NCBI GenBank assembly: GCA_964592135.1
Contig: CAZQEV010000001.1
Coordinates: 1-49,773, forward strand
Direction: 5' to 3'
DNA: 49,773 nt
Source of the DNA: an uncultured Syntrophomonadaceae bacterium
Lineage (GTDB): Bacteria > Bacillota > Dethiobacteria > DTU022
The notes under the pieces are model-generated. The model was not told the origin of the DNA. It did not search any database and worked only from the letters and a program-made list of their open reading frames with translations. Position 1 is the stretch's first letter. Each line of letters opens with the position of its first letter. Made by a program: the position numbers and the translations under genes. Shown here one piece after another: positions 28,946 through 37,935 of this stretch.

Positions 28946-29707
28946 TTATTTCAGGGCTTGACGGACAATTTCAAGATCGCTGGTTTTATCAACATCTGTG
29001 CCGATCTCTACAAAGTCGCAGGGTACGGCATGGGCTCCGGCCTGCATCATCAGGGAAAGGTAGCGTTCCAGATCAGTTACGGTAAGCGTGTTCATAAGAA
29101 ATTTTAAAATAAAAATCGCCGGTAAAATTCGGAAAAGCTTCAGCGGTTTTTTCCTGTAGGCTACAAAAAGATCCAGTTGGGAGCGGCAAAGGTTAAACCA
29201 TCCTGGACGGAGAAGGGCGACGTTGCCGCCGGTAAAATAACCTTCCCGCAGCCGGACATAGGTGCGTTTCATCTGCGGATAGCGCTCCCGGCATCTTTCC
29301 CTGGATAAGATGGGGTAATAAAAATCACCGTCAAAGGGAGCACAACGCTCCAGGAAACCTTCGATCACACCCCTGTCGATGAGAGGAATGTCCCCCGTGA
29401 GTACCAGGCAAAGACGCTCCTGATCCACTCCCTTTAATCCAGCGGCAAGGTTTTCCAGCAGGCTCCCCTCTTCGGGAAAAAGAGCAAAATTGTAACCCTG
29501 TTCAAGCAGTTCTTCCAGTTCCTTCTCCGGACCGACGGCAACGATCTTTTCAATAGAGGGCGATCCGAGGAGAGCATTGATAATATAACCGATCATGGGC
29601 CGGCCGTGAATCTCAATAAATGCCTTGTTGGTAACCCCTTCCTGATCCGTAAGCGGTTCAGTTTTCCCTCCGCCGGCCAGGATAATTGCATCGAACATGG
29701 CTTTCAC
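28946..29707 (-). CDS. MobA-like NTP-transferase family protein (substrate unknown)
   Basis: N-terminal motif AIILAGGGK...KAFIEIHGRPMIGY and LTGDIPLI are typical of the GT-A/MobA/IspD-type nucleotidyltransferase fold. It has a 4-nt ATGA overlap with the ispE stop. Confidence 0.6.
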   Translation of the reverse strand: MKAMFDAIILAGGGKTEPLTDQEGVTNKAFIEIHGRPMIGYIINALLGSPSIEKIVAVGPEKELEELLEQGYNFALFPEEGSLLENLAAGLKGVDQERLCLVLTGDIPLIDRGVIEGFLERCAPFDGDFYYPILSRERCRERYPQMKRTYVRLREGYFTGGNVALLRPGWFNLCRSQLDLFVAYRKKPLKLFRILPAIFILKFLMNTLTVTDLERYLSLMMQAGAHAVPCDFVEIGTDVDKTSDLEIVRQALK

Positions 29708-30597
29708 TCCTTCTGATTGTAGAGGCCTGACAGGGTCCAGCTTAGAAAAACCCGGTGCCCCGCCTCCTGCAGGGCAAAGGCGGCAGCTCTCGCTATTGAC
29801 AGATTTTCGCAGAGCGCAAAAAAAGAGGGCCCGCTTCCGGACATGACCGGATAAAGGCCGAGATCGAGAAACTGCCGCCTCAGGACCGGCAGGCGGGGAT
29901 GTTTCGGAGCTACCACCGCCTCAAGCGTATTGGTCATACCACCGCCAAACCATTCATGCAGCAGCTCTGCACTCTGCTCCCGGATCGCAGCGATAAGGGT
30001 GTGGAGCCGGGGCTGCCCCAGGTGCACCGGCTTCAGCGCGGCATAAACCTCTGCCGTGGAAAGATGCATTCCTGAAGGAACAGCCAATACCACCCAGTGG
30101 AAAGGAAATGCGGGCAGGGCTTCCAGTTTTTCTCCGCGTCCCTGTACCAGCGCGGTTCCTCCCTGCAAGCAATAGGGCACATCTGAACCTATCAATGCCG
30201 CGGCTTCCAGAAGATCTTCAGGGCTCATTTCCAAATTCCAGAAGGAATTGAGCCCCTTCAAAGCCGCCGCAGCGTCGCTGCTCCCTCCTCCCAGACCGGC
30301 TGCCGCGGGAATATTTTTATAGAGGGATATCTTAACCCCCGGTAATTCTCTCTCCTTCGATCTCTCCGCCAGCAATGACGCCACCCGACAAACAAGGTTG
30401 TCTTTGCCGGAAAGCGAGGGTTCGGAACAAAAAAAACGCCATCCCCCCTCCCGCTGCGGCTCCAGCAGGAGGACATCGGACAGCGAAATTTGCTCCATAA
30501 CGGAAATTAGATCATGGTAACCGTCCAGCCGGCGTTTGGTAATGGTTAAACCTATATTTATTTTTGCCGGCGCCTTGATCTTCATGTTTTTTTTCAT
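29704..30597 (-). CDS. ispE: 4-diphosphocytidyl-2-C-methyl-D-erythritol kinase
   Basis: APAKINIGL and the GHMP kinase motif PAAAGLGGGSSDAAA are present. Confidence 0.92.
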   Translation of the reverse strand: MKKNMKIKAPAKINIGLTITKRRLDGYHDLISVMEQISLSDVLLLEPQREGGWRFFCSEPSLSGKDNLVCRVASLLAERSKERELPGVKISLYKNIPAAAGLGGGSSDAAAALKGLNSFWNLEMSPEDLLEAAALIGSDVPYCLQGGTALVQGRGEKLEALPAFPFHWVVLAVPSGMHLSTAEVYAALKPVHLGQPRLHTLIAAIREQSAELLHEWFGGGMTNTLEAVVAPKHPRLPVLRRQFLDLGLYPVMSGSGPSFFALCENLSIARAAAFALQEAGHRVFLSWTLSGLYNQKE

Positions 30598-30604
30598 TCC
30601 AATT

Positions 30605-31636
30605 TCAAGCCATCTTGACCAGTCGGGAGTTATCCGTCAACCCTGGTATTCGCCCTCTTTTTGCCACCGCCTGATCCCGGATCTCTTTCAGATCCATAGT
30701 CATATCGATAGCCGGAGCCCGGGAAATATAGCTGCCTACACCAAAATAATCAGCACCCGCCTCAGCCAGAATGAAGATCCTTTCGGGATCAAGTCCGCCG
30801 GAGACAACAATCTGCACATGGCTGAACCCGGCCTGATCCAGCCGGGCCCGCACCTCCCGTACCAGCGCCGGTGTAACTCCTCCTCTTTCGGCTGGAGTGT
30901 CAAGCCGTACTGCGGTCAAATTCTTGCCCAGCGCCCGGGCTACTCGCAGGGTCTCCTCAGCTTCATCTTTAAATGTGTCGACGAGAATGACCCGCGGTTC
31001 TCCCTCAGCGGCAAAGCGATCATAGGCCCGGGCCAGCTCCACCGTATCGCCTGCGATTAAAAAGGCGGCATGAGGCACCGTTCCCGAAGGGCTTTTACCC
31101 ATCAACCGGGCACCCAGGATGCAGCTGCATCCGTCAGCGCCCCCGATGAGAGCAGCTCTTTCCATAACCGGGGCCACAGCGGGATGAACATGGCGTGCCC
31201 CGAAACAGAGCAAAGTCCGCTCTCCGGCGGCCTCTTTGCACTGCCCTGCGGCAGTAGCCCAGCCGCTGGCGCTGGCAAGCATGCCCAGTAGCGGTGTCTC
31301 ATAAATGCCGAATTTCCCGTAAAACCCTTTTATACGCATGACAACCTCTTTTTTTGTCATTTTCTCCCCTTCCGGGAGACTCCATACCTGCACCTTTGAG
31401 TTACGCAGCAGGTGGAGCGCCTCTTGGCTGCCGGAAAAAATACCCTCTCGCGAGGCAAAGATCTCGGCGGTAACTTCTGTTTGGGCCAACCCCAGCGTAC
31501 TCAGGAGATCTCTGGTCCGCACAAAATATAGATCTGTGGTCCAACCCTTTTCTATTTCTGCATGAGAAGCGCTATGCAGCCTGCCTGTGGTTTCAGACGA
31601 AGCATTTTCAATATCGTTCAACGAAATCAGATCCAC
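30605..31636 (-). CDS. pncB: nicotinate phosphoribosyltransferase (short, type II PRTase family)
   Basis: 343-aa type-II PRTase-like protein (TDLYF...; GARHVHP; VRLDTP; SGGL). It is adjacent to a nicotinamidase gene. It uses a GTG start with an upstream GGGAG. Confidence 0.65.
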   Translation of the reverse strand: MDLISLNDIENASSETTGRLHSASHAEIEKGWTTDLYFVRTRDLLSTLGLAQTEVTAEIFASREGIFSGSQEALHLLRNSKVQVWSLPEGEKMTKKEVVMRIKGFYGKFGIYETPLLGMLASASGWATAAGQCKEAAGERTLLCFGARHVHPAVAPVMERAALIGGADGCSCILGARLMGKSPSGTVPHAAFLIAGDTVELARAYDRFAAEGEPRVILVDTFKDEAEETLRVARALGKNLTAVRLDTPAERGGVTPALVREVRARLDQAGFSHVQIVVSGGLDPERIFILAEAGADYFGVGSYISRAPAIDMTMDLKEIRDQAVAKRGRIPGLTDNSRLVKMA

Positions 31637-31659
31637 GGCTTCTCCCCCCCGCGTTTGGA

Positions 31660-32175
31660 TTATAGCATGGTTACTCCCAAAGTTTTCTCCATCTCATGTA
31701 AAGCAAAGCGGTGCGCCTCTTCATCGATTCCGGCCACTGCGGCAGCATTGATAAAAACCCGGTAATTAAGCATCCGGGCATCGGCAGCGGTATAGAGAAC
31801 GCATATATTGGTCACCACGCCGGTGAGTTCAAGTTCGGTTGCACCATATTCACGTAGGGTCAGATCGAGCTCCGTCCCAAAAAAGGCGCTATAGCGCCTT
31901 TTAAAGATCAACCTTTCTCCGGCCCCGGGAGCAAGCTCGGGAATCACGTCGGCACCGGGATCACCTGCAAGACAGTGGGGGGGGAACATCTCAAATTCTA
32001 GATCGCCCTGGCGGTGGCGATCACAGATATAGATCACCGGTTCTCTTTTTTTACGAAAGTGACCCAGCCGCTCCTTGATCACCGGAACGGCTTTCTCCGC
32101 CGCCGGACCAACATAGAGCGCTCCCTCCGGTTTGATAAAATCGTTCAACATATCAATAATCAACAGCGCTCGCAT
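31660..32175 (-). CDS. pncA: isochorismatase-family hydrolase, probable nicotinamidase
   Basis: ALLIIDMLNDF, a cis-peptide/Cys region GVVTNICV, and 171-aa length fit the family. It is paired with the NAPRTase gene. Confidence 0.7.
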   Translation of the reverse strand: MRALLIIDMLNDFIKPEGALYVGPAAEKAVPVIKERLGHFRKKREPVIYICDRHRQGDLEFEMFPPHCLAGDPGADVIPELAPGAGERLIFKRRYSAFFGTELDLTLREYGATELELTGVVTNICVLYTAADARMLNYRVFINAAAVAGIDEEAHRFALHEMEKTLGVTML

Positions 32176-32240
32176 ATGAAAACCTCCATCTCACAATTTG
32201 ATTCAATTTAAAAAAGTATTCCACAACAAAGGTCTCTATC

Positions 32241-32279
32241 CTTTTTTAAAAAGGTATGCCCGCCGAAACGGGCATACCT
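32241..32279 (-). terminator. rho-independent terminator of sspF-like gene
   Basis: aggtatgcccg (32252-32262) pairs with cgggcatacct (32269-32279) in an 11-bp stem. On the minus strand it is followed by ttttaaaaaa. Confidence 0.7.
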
Positions 32280-32285
32280 GCCGTC

Positions 32286-32465
32286 TTATGATTCCTTCCG
32301 GAGCGAGCGCTCGGCCCGTTCAATGGCCTTCTTGACCAGATTGCCGCACTGGCGAGAACTGACGCTGCCCCACCCTTCACGGCGAACCAGATCCTGGACC
32401 CCCAGTTCAGCAGCGAGCTCATACTTGAGTTCCTCGGACATCACCGGGCGACGACGACGTGCCAC
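32286..32465 (-). CDS. sspF: alpha/beta-type small acid-soluble spore protein (SspF-like)
   Basis: MARRRRPVMSEELKYELAAELGV...GWGSVSSRQCGNLVKKAIERAE parallels B. subtilis SspF as I recall it (MGRRRGVMSDEFKYELAKDLGF...). I place the start at GTG 32465 with AGAGGAG 8 nt upstream. A forespore-like GAATA-N18-CATTTTC lies upstream, but it is too close to be confident. Confidence 0.85.
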   Translation of the reverse strand: MARRRRPVMSEELKYELAAELGVQDLVRREGWGSVSSRQCGNLVKKAIERAERSLRKES

Positions 32466-32636
32466 AGCATCAACTCCTCTTGAAAATGATAAGAAGACGG
32501 CATTCCTATTCTGCGATCTAAGAACTCTTTTTAAACGATCTGATTCCTGGAGGTGCTGTGAGCAATGTGATTTATTTAACAAAAAACCGTCGCCGCTTAC
32601 ACTGCAACTCCGGTTTTTTATTTCTTAAAAATTATT

Positions 32637-32900
32637 TTACAGCCCTACAGACCGGTACCTCTTCTCCTCACGAAAACTCAGTTCAACCGTCTCTGTAAGA
32701 ACATCGGCATAGGTAAAAGAAACCCTCTGAAAATAGTTCGGTTCATCGATCCGGACAACAAAAATAGAAGGGTACGTGTTTTCCAGAATCCCCTCTTTTT
32801 CAAAGGTCTTGCGCCGTCCACGATTGGCTTTCAACTTTATTTTTTCACCGACGTGAGGCTCTAGTTTTTTGCGTATTTCGAGAAGAACATCTTTAGACAC
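32637..32900 (-). CDS. veg: biofilm formation stimulator Veg
   Basis: MSKDVLLEIRKKLEPHVGEKIKLKANRGRRKTFEKEGILENTYPSIFVVRIDE...VSFTYADVLTETVELSF matches the family. I place the start at GTG 32900 with AAGGTGG 8 nt upstream. Confidence 0.9.
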   Translation of the reverse strand: MSKDVLLEIRKKLEPHVGEKIKLKANRGRRKTFEKEGILENTYPSIFVVRIDEPNYFQRVSFTYADVLTETVELSFREEKRYRSVGL

Positions 32901-32933
32901 CTGATAAACCACCTTGTGCGTACATTTTAATAT

Positions 32934-32963
32934 ATTTTAACACAATTCCTCGTGTTTTGTCAA
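32934..32963 (-). promoter_or_regulatory. near-consensus sigma-A promoter of veg
   Basis: On the minus strand, TTGACA (32958-32963), an 18-nt spacer ending in TGT, then TAAAAT (32934-32939), giving an extended -10 TGnTAAAAT. B. subtilis veg is known for a very strong sigma-A promoter. Confidence 0.6.
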
Positions 32964-33001
32964 GAAAAGAGCAGATTTTAGCCGTAGCCAGTTACCTCAG
33001 T

Positions 33002-33478
33002 TCAGTGGGTGAACCTGTCTGCAATGGTCGTAGCACCGTACGATTCGGGCTTGATCCGGGCATCATAACCGCTGCCGATAACCATGCCCACTACCTCTTT
33101 AATAATCTCCCGGGTCTCCCCTTTTTCTCCCACATCGAGATGTATCTCGACATTCAGTTCCTCCTCGCCGTTCACCGCAAGTCTCTCTGTAAGCTTTGCC
33201 GCTACTTCGAGGCTAAGGAATGTCTCATAGTAGATCCGCTGGCGCAGGCTCTCCATATAGCGTGTCCTCTGTTTGCGGTAATAGAAGCGCCCTCCCTTGC
33301 CGATACGGTGAATAATAATAGCGGTGACAAAGACAACGCTTCTATTGGTATAGGAGTGGGAATCGGTCCCAATAATCAACTTATATTTGTCATCGGGATT
33401 CTCGTTTGAATATCTGGTTATATCTGCAAATACAGCCTCAAAGGAGAGTTTTCCCCTGGTCGGGCTGTAAAATTCCAT
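33002..33478 (-). CDS. RNase H-like YkuK/DUF458 family protein
   Basis: MEFYSPTRGKLSFEAV...KLIIGTDSH...VFVTAIIIHRIGKGGRFYY follows the pattern typical of DUF458. Confidence 0.65.
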   Translation of the reverse strand: MEFYSPTRGKLSFEAVFADITRYSNENPDDKYKLIIGTDSHSYTNRSVVFVTAIIIHRIGKGGRFYYRKQRTRYMESLRQRIYYETFLSLEVAAKLTERLAVNGEEELNVEIHLDVGEKGETREIIKEVVGMVIGSGYDARIKPESYGATTIADRFTH

Positions 33479-33494
33479 TGGTTAAAACGACCTT

Positions 33495-34385
33495 TCACCT
33501 GCGTTTATTGATCCAATTGTAAGCCATTTGAGCTATCTTTGCAAATTGTTCCATGGAGATCGTCTCAGCCCGGACGTCAGGATCAACTCCAGCCGGCTGC
33601 AGCACAGAGAGAAACTCTTCCCTTGTCTGAAAGAAAGCCTTTCCCAGGCTGTTGGTCAGTTTTTTGCGGCGTTGTTGAAAGGCTGCCTGGACAATTTCCC
33701 GGAATAATTTTTCCTGGCCGGCATCAAGACCGCCATGGCGCGGCTGCATCTTGACCACCGCTGAATCAACATTCGGGGAGGGCCAGAAAACATGCCGGGA
33801 AACGGGGAAGAGCATTTCTGCCGGTGCATAATAATGGCAGAACACCGAAAGGGCACCATAGGATGGACTGCCCGGCTTTGCAATCAGCCGCGCGGCAACC
33901 TCCTTTTGAAACATTAATACGGCTTTTTCGAAAGGAAAATTTTGTTTAAACAGGGCATGGAGGAACGGCCCGGAAATATTGTAAGGCAGGTTGGAGATGA
34001 GATTCACTTTCGCACCGACTCCGAAGTAGATCCTGTTCAGTTCCACCCATTTCGCCTTAAGCGCATCAATCTGCAGCACATTGACATGGGAAAAAGGCTG
34101 CAAATGTTCCGCCAGCGCGACTGCCAGTCCCCGGTCCAGCTCCAGGGCAACAACACGCATATCGCGGCGAGCCAGTATCGCCGTAAGGGCGCCTGCACCG
34201 GGTCCAATCTCCACGATCCGGTCACCGGAGCTAAGTTCAGCTGCATCGATAATTTTACGGGCAACATTTCCGTCAATCAAAAAGTTTTGCCCACGCCCAC
34301 GCTGCAGCCGCAGGTTTCGCTCATTGAGGTAGAGCTGCAGAGTGCGCGGGGAAGTCAGATCCGGCAGCTCAGGGCTCTCCGGCAT
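33495..34385 (-). CDS. rsmA: 16S rRNA (adenine1518/1519-N6)-dimethyltransferase
   Basis: GQNFLID, the SAM site VEIGPGAGALT, and NLPYNIS are present. Confidence 0.93.
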   Translation of the reverse strand: MPESPELPDLTSPRTLQLYLNERNLRLQRGRGQNFLIDGNVARKIIDAAELSSGDRIVEIGPGAGALTAILARRDMRVVALELDRGLAVALAEHLQPFSHVNVLQIDALKAKWVELNRIYFGVGAKVNLISNLPYNISGPFLHALFKQNFPFEKAVLMFQKEVAARLIAKPGSPSYGALSVFCHYYAPAEMLFPVSRHVFWPSPNVDSAVVKMQPRHGGLDAGQEKLFREIVQAAFQQRRKKLTNSLGKAFFQTREEFLSVLQPAGVDPDVRAETISMEQFAKIAQMAYNWINKRR

Positions 34386-34417
34386 CTTGATTCCTCCTCC
34401 CCGGGCGGGTAATCCAG

Positions 34418-35578
34418 CTAGTAGCCCTTCAGGAGGTAGACTTTTACGCCGCGCCTCAGTCCAAACTTGGCCACATCGCTATGATAATCATAAAGCAGAT
34501 CTATTCTCTGCCCCTTAATCGCACCGCCGATATCTTCAGCCCTGGCAAAGCCAATCTTGCCAATCCCCGGGATGGGTTCAATATATAGCAGGCTGCCCAA
34601 AGGGATCACCCGCGGATCCACCGCCACCATTCGCGGTGAGCTCAGTGTGCCTTGGCCCTGGACAGCTTTCTTGCCGGTATAAGTGTAACCATTGTTGTAC
34701 CGTCCCGTACAGAAAGAGTGGCCGTTTTTATCCAGCGGGCACCCCGAACCAGGTGTTCCCGGGCAGTAGGATGTCGCCGTCATGATCAGAACCCGGTCAA
34801 ACTGCATCACACGGCCTTCGCGTTCCAGGGTTGTATTGGCACCGTGCTCCACAATCTTTTCCAGCGGTTTCTCCAGCATTACAGATCCCACAACCTCTTT
34901 ATTTACCTCGATCCCGTCTTCTATTGTAATTTCAACAAGCTCTTCCTGAAGCCCGGGGCGCCCATCGCGGACTACCCGGGTGAGACCGCGATCCAGCAGG
35001 ACATTTTCCTGGACGATCTCGTCAAAGGGAAAGGCACTACGGATGCCGGCATATTGTTTCTCTACCCGGACTATTCTGATTACAACACCGTCATAAGCCT
35101 CTTGAAGCCCCTCCGGCTCAATACGGTCGTCGGGCCCAAGTTCAAAACCCTCTTCGGCAAGCAGTTCTTCTACCGGAATCGTTGGGGTCAAGATCAAAGA
35201 AAGGTTGTTCCCGTCAACTATGGCTACTTCAAAAGCCTTCTGCACATCTATGCGCGTTCTTTGGGTTAAAACAGACCCGCGGTCAGGCAGCACCTTGTCG
35301 CAGGGGTGCAGTTGAATTCCTTTTTCATGTAAAAGCTCCTCCACTGTCCGGCTGAATGTAGCAACAGTGCAAAGCTCTTCTCCATCAACAAAAACAGACA
35401 CCGTGTGCTGTGCATACTTGTAAACAAAGACTGCCAGAATAATCATACACCCGTAAAACATTACCAGCGGGTTTTTTTTGCAGAGAGCAGCCACGGCGCT
35501 GCCAAGCTCCAGAAAGCTTTTCTTCGCCGGTAAAAAGTTCAGGATCGGCTTCGATTTTCGAACAGGTATAGTTTTCAT
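34418..35578 (-). CDS. yabE: YabE-like cell-wall protein (DUF348 repeats, G5 domain, 3D/RlpA-like domain)
   Basis: An N-terminal TM is followed by V.VDG...T...TV..LL repeats and a G5-like middle region. The C-terminal 3D domain carries MTATSYC...G...ASG, VAVDPRVIPLGS, ARAEDIGGAIKG and RIDL. Confidence 0.8.
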   Translation of the reverse strand: MKTIPVRKSKPILNFLPAKKSFLELGSAVAALCKKNPLVMFYGCMIILAVFVYKYAQHTVSVFVDGEELCTVATFSRTVEELLHEKGIQLHPCDKVLPDRGSVLTQRTRIDVQKAFEVAIVDGNNLSLILTPTIPVEELLAEEGFELGPDDRIEPEGLQEAYDGVVIRIVRVEKQYAGIRSAFPFDEIVQENVLLDRGLTRVVRDGRPGLQEELVEITIEDGIEVNKEVVGSVMLEKPLEKIVEHGANTTLEREGRVMQFDRVLIMTATSYCPGTPGSGCPLDKNGHSFCTGRYNNGYTYTGKKAVQGQGTLSSPRMVAVDPRVIPLGSLLYIEPIPGIGKIGFARAEDIGGAIKGQRIDLLYDYHSDVAKFGLRRGVKVYLLKGY

Positions 35579-35604
35579 AATCTCTCCTCCCTACACCAGA
35601 CCAC

Positions 35605-35633
35605 ATTTTAACCCCTACCCTAACTGCTGTCAA
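35605..35633 (-). promoter_or_regulatory. sigma-A promoter of yabE-like gene
   Basis: On the minus strand, TTGACA (35628-35633), a 17-nt spacer, then TAAAAT (35605-35610). It lies about 27 nt upstream of the ATG, with GGGAGGAG as the SD. Confidence 0.55.
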
Positions 35634-35723
35634 TTGTCCTGACATTAGCAATGTTTAGTCTAGCCTGAACAAATAACGCTTATGCCCGTACCCGCGCTTT
35701 AGCCCGCGAAAATAAAAAAAATA

Positions 35724-35752
35724 ATGACAAAATGGTCCAAATGCTTTATAAT
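35724..35752 (+). promoter_or_regulatory. sigma-A promoter of SCP2-domain gene
   Basis: ATGACA (35724-35729), a 17-nt spacer, then TATAAT (35747-35752). This implies a leader of about 130 nt. Confidence 0.5.
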
Positions 35753-35889
35753 GAACTTAACTAAGGTAATATTTAGCCTCGTTAAGCAATCTTTTTCGGA
35801 AAGGAGGCCGATTTTTTTTAAGGAAAGGCTTTTCGAAGATCAAGCGCATGGAAAGCAATGAACAAATTTTTAAGGAGGCGTTTTATCAG

Positions 35890-36216
35890 ATGGCTAGCTT
35901 TCAGGAATTAATCGGAAAGCTGCGCACCAAGTTGGAGGGCGCAGATCCGGCCAAGATCAAAGGGATGAATGCAGTATATCAGTTTGACCTTTCCGGAGAT
36001 AACGGTGGAGTCTTTCATGTAAACGTGGCCGATGGCGCCACCGATGTGGTTGATGGAGCTTCCGACGATGCCAACATTACCATCACCATGTCGGCCGATG
36101 ATTTTGACAGCCTGCTTGATGGGAAGCTTAACGCCACCTCCGCCTTTATGGCCGGCAAGTTGAAGGTTAAAGGAGATATGTCTCTGGCGATGAAGCTGCA
36201 AAGTCTGCTCGGCTAA
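35890..36216 (+). CDS. SCP2 sterol-binding domain protein
   Basis: AVYQFDLSGDNGGVFHVNV...ITITMSADDFDSLLDGKLNATSAFMAGKLKVKGDMSLAMKLQSL is a classic SCP-2 C-terminal pattern. I place the start at ATG 35890 with AAGGAGG upstream. Confidence 0.8.
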   Translation: MASFQELIGKLRTKLEGADPAKIKGMNAVYQFDLSGDNGGVFHVNVADGATDVVDGASDDANITITMSADDFDSLLDGKLNATSAFMAGKLKVKGDMSLAMKLQSLLG

Positions 36217-36442
36217 GGCTCTCCAAAAACAGATATAAAATGTTCGGTCCTGCAGGAAGGCCGGCCACAGCCGGCTGTCCCTGCGCTATTAGGTGAGCTG
36301 ACTGAAAGTCAAAAAGAAGTTCTTTGGCGTAGAATACGATCTACTTTTCCGAACTTCGCGTAAAATGAGCTATATTACCGGGGTTTAACTTTGTCTTTTC
36401 GGAGGCGCCGAGCTTCTTACCTCCAGGAATATTTCGGGTTTA

Positions 36443-36476
36443 ATAAAGGGGTTCCCCTGAAGGGGAACCCCTTTAT
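36443..36476. terminator. perfect 15-bp hairpin, likely bidirectional terminator (SCP2 gene / rlpA-like gene)
   Basis: The hairpin is ataaaggggttcccc-tgaa-ggggaacccctttat. On the plus strand it is followed by acctcttttat. It lies 37 nt past the rlpA-like stop on the minus strand. Confidence 0.65.
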
Positions 36477-36512
36477 ACCTCTTTTATCCCGATGCGGGAA
36501 ATGTTTCAGTTC

Positions 36513-37079
36513 CTAGGACAGGATCTCTATTGTGACCGCGCCAACACCATAAGACTGCAAGCCTATCTCCTCTGCGGCAGCTCGAGATATATCGATGATG
36601 CGCCCTTCAATGAAAGGCCCGCGGTCATTAATGCGGACAATCACGCTTTTTCCGCTTCTAAGAAAGGTTACCCGAACCCTGGTTCCAAAAGGCAGCGTGC
36701 GGTGAGCCGCCGTAAAAGCGGCATCATCAAAGGGCTCCCCACTGGCAGTAAGGGCTCCATGCAGACCATCCGCTCCGCCATACCAGGAAGCTATACCCTG
36801 CAGGACATTGGCCGGGCGTTCTCCCCGTGAAGGCACAACATCTGACGGACGCTTCTTTTCGGGGATCCCCGGCGGGCAGATGAGCAGTGATCGACGGTGA
36901 CTTGCTCTGCCCAGGGCAATTTCCTTTTTTTCAAGAAAGCTGTCGCAATTTTCGATCTCAACCTCTTCCCCCGCTCTAAAGCTTCGCGGCATGAAAAGCC
37001 CTCCGGAGGCCGCTGCCAGGGCAAGCAGGCAGAGGCCGGCTTTCCCGGCTCTATTGCAGGAAAAACCAAAGCCGAACAT
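36513..37079 (-). CDS. RlpA-like double-psi beta-barrel (DPBB) lytic transglycosylase family protein
   Basis: An N-terminal signal/TM is followed by GIASWYGG...TASGEPFD...TAAHRTLPFGTRVRVT...SVIVRINDRGPF...RIIDISRAAA. Confidence 0.8.
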   Translation of the reverse strand: MFGFGFSCNRAGKAGLCLLALAAASGGLFMPRSFRAGEEVEIENCDSFLEKKEIALGRASHRRSLLICPPGIPEKKRPSDVVPSRGERPANVLQGIASWYGGADGLHGALTASGEPFDDAAFTAAHRTLPFGTRVRVTFLRSGKSVIVRINDRGPFIEGRIIDISRAAAEEIGLQSYGVGAVTIEILS

Positions 37080-37165
37080 CCCTGATCCCCCTCTCCTGAT
37101 TTAGGTCTCTATCTGCGGCTATATCTATTATACGTATTCAGATATACTCCGTTGCATGACCGTTT

Positions 37166-37933
37166 TTACGACCAGAAGAGGCGGGCGACATTGGTCTGCA
37201 CCAGGCGGGCAAGAGACTCCAGTTCCATTTCCAGAACCAGGGCTACTCGTTCGTAAGTTGCCTTGATAAAAGCGGGTTCATTGCGTTTCCCACGGTAGGG
37301 GAGCGGGGATAGATAGGGCGCATCGGTTTCCAAAAGCAGCCTCTCTGCGGGAATTTCCTTGAGTAAAGCCCGCAGATCATGAGAGCGGGGATAGGTCACC
37401 GGACCGGCAATGGAAATATAGAAGCCCAGTCCCAGAAAAGCCTCCAGATCCTGCGGGGAGCCGGAGAAGCAATGGGCTATTCCACCCCGCGGCGGCTTCA
37501 ATTCACGCAATATCTGGAGTGTCTTTGAATGCGCCTCCCGGCTGTGGATGATCACCGGCCTGTTCAGCTCCGCAGCCAGCTTGAGCTGCTCCCGGAATAC
37601 CTGCTCCTGAACAGGACGCGGCGACAGGTCCCGATAAAAATCAAGGCCGATCTCACCTACAGCCAGCACCCGCCTCTTTGCAGCCAGTCCCGACAGCCTG
37701 GACCGGTAGCGTGAAGAGACTCCCGAGGCTGAATGGGGGTGGATCCCCACAGCCGCCCACAGCTGTGGGTTGGCTTCGCTGAGCGCCACCGCTGTTTCAG
37801 AGCTGGACTCATCGCTGCCCACATTGATGATCATGCCAACCCCGGCTGCACGGGCCCGGCCCAGCACCTGCTCAAGATCGGCCTGGAACTGGGGAAAATT
37901 TAGATGGGCGTGGGTATCGATGAGGCTGGCCAA
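37166..37933 (-). CDS. tatD: TatD family metal-dependent hydrolase (YabD-like)
   Basis: LIDTHAHL, GEIGLD, HSR and ETDAPYL are present. It uses a TTG start 2 nt after the metG stop. Confidence 0.9.
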   Translation of the reverse strand: MASLIDTHAHLNFPQFQADLEQVLGRARAAGVGMIINVGSDESSSETAVALSEANPQLWAAVGIHPHSASGVSSRYRSRLSGLAAKRRVLAVGEIGLDFYRDLSPRPVQEQVFREQLKLAAELNRPVIIHSREAHSKTLQILRELKPPRGGIAHCFSGSPQDLEAFLGLGFYISIAGPVTYPRSHDLRALLKEIPAERLLLETDAPYLSPLPYRGKRNEPAFIKATYERVALVLEMELESLARLVQTNVARLFWS

Positions 37934-37935
37934 CC

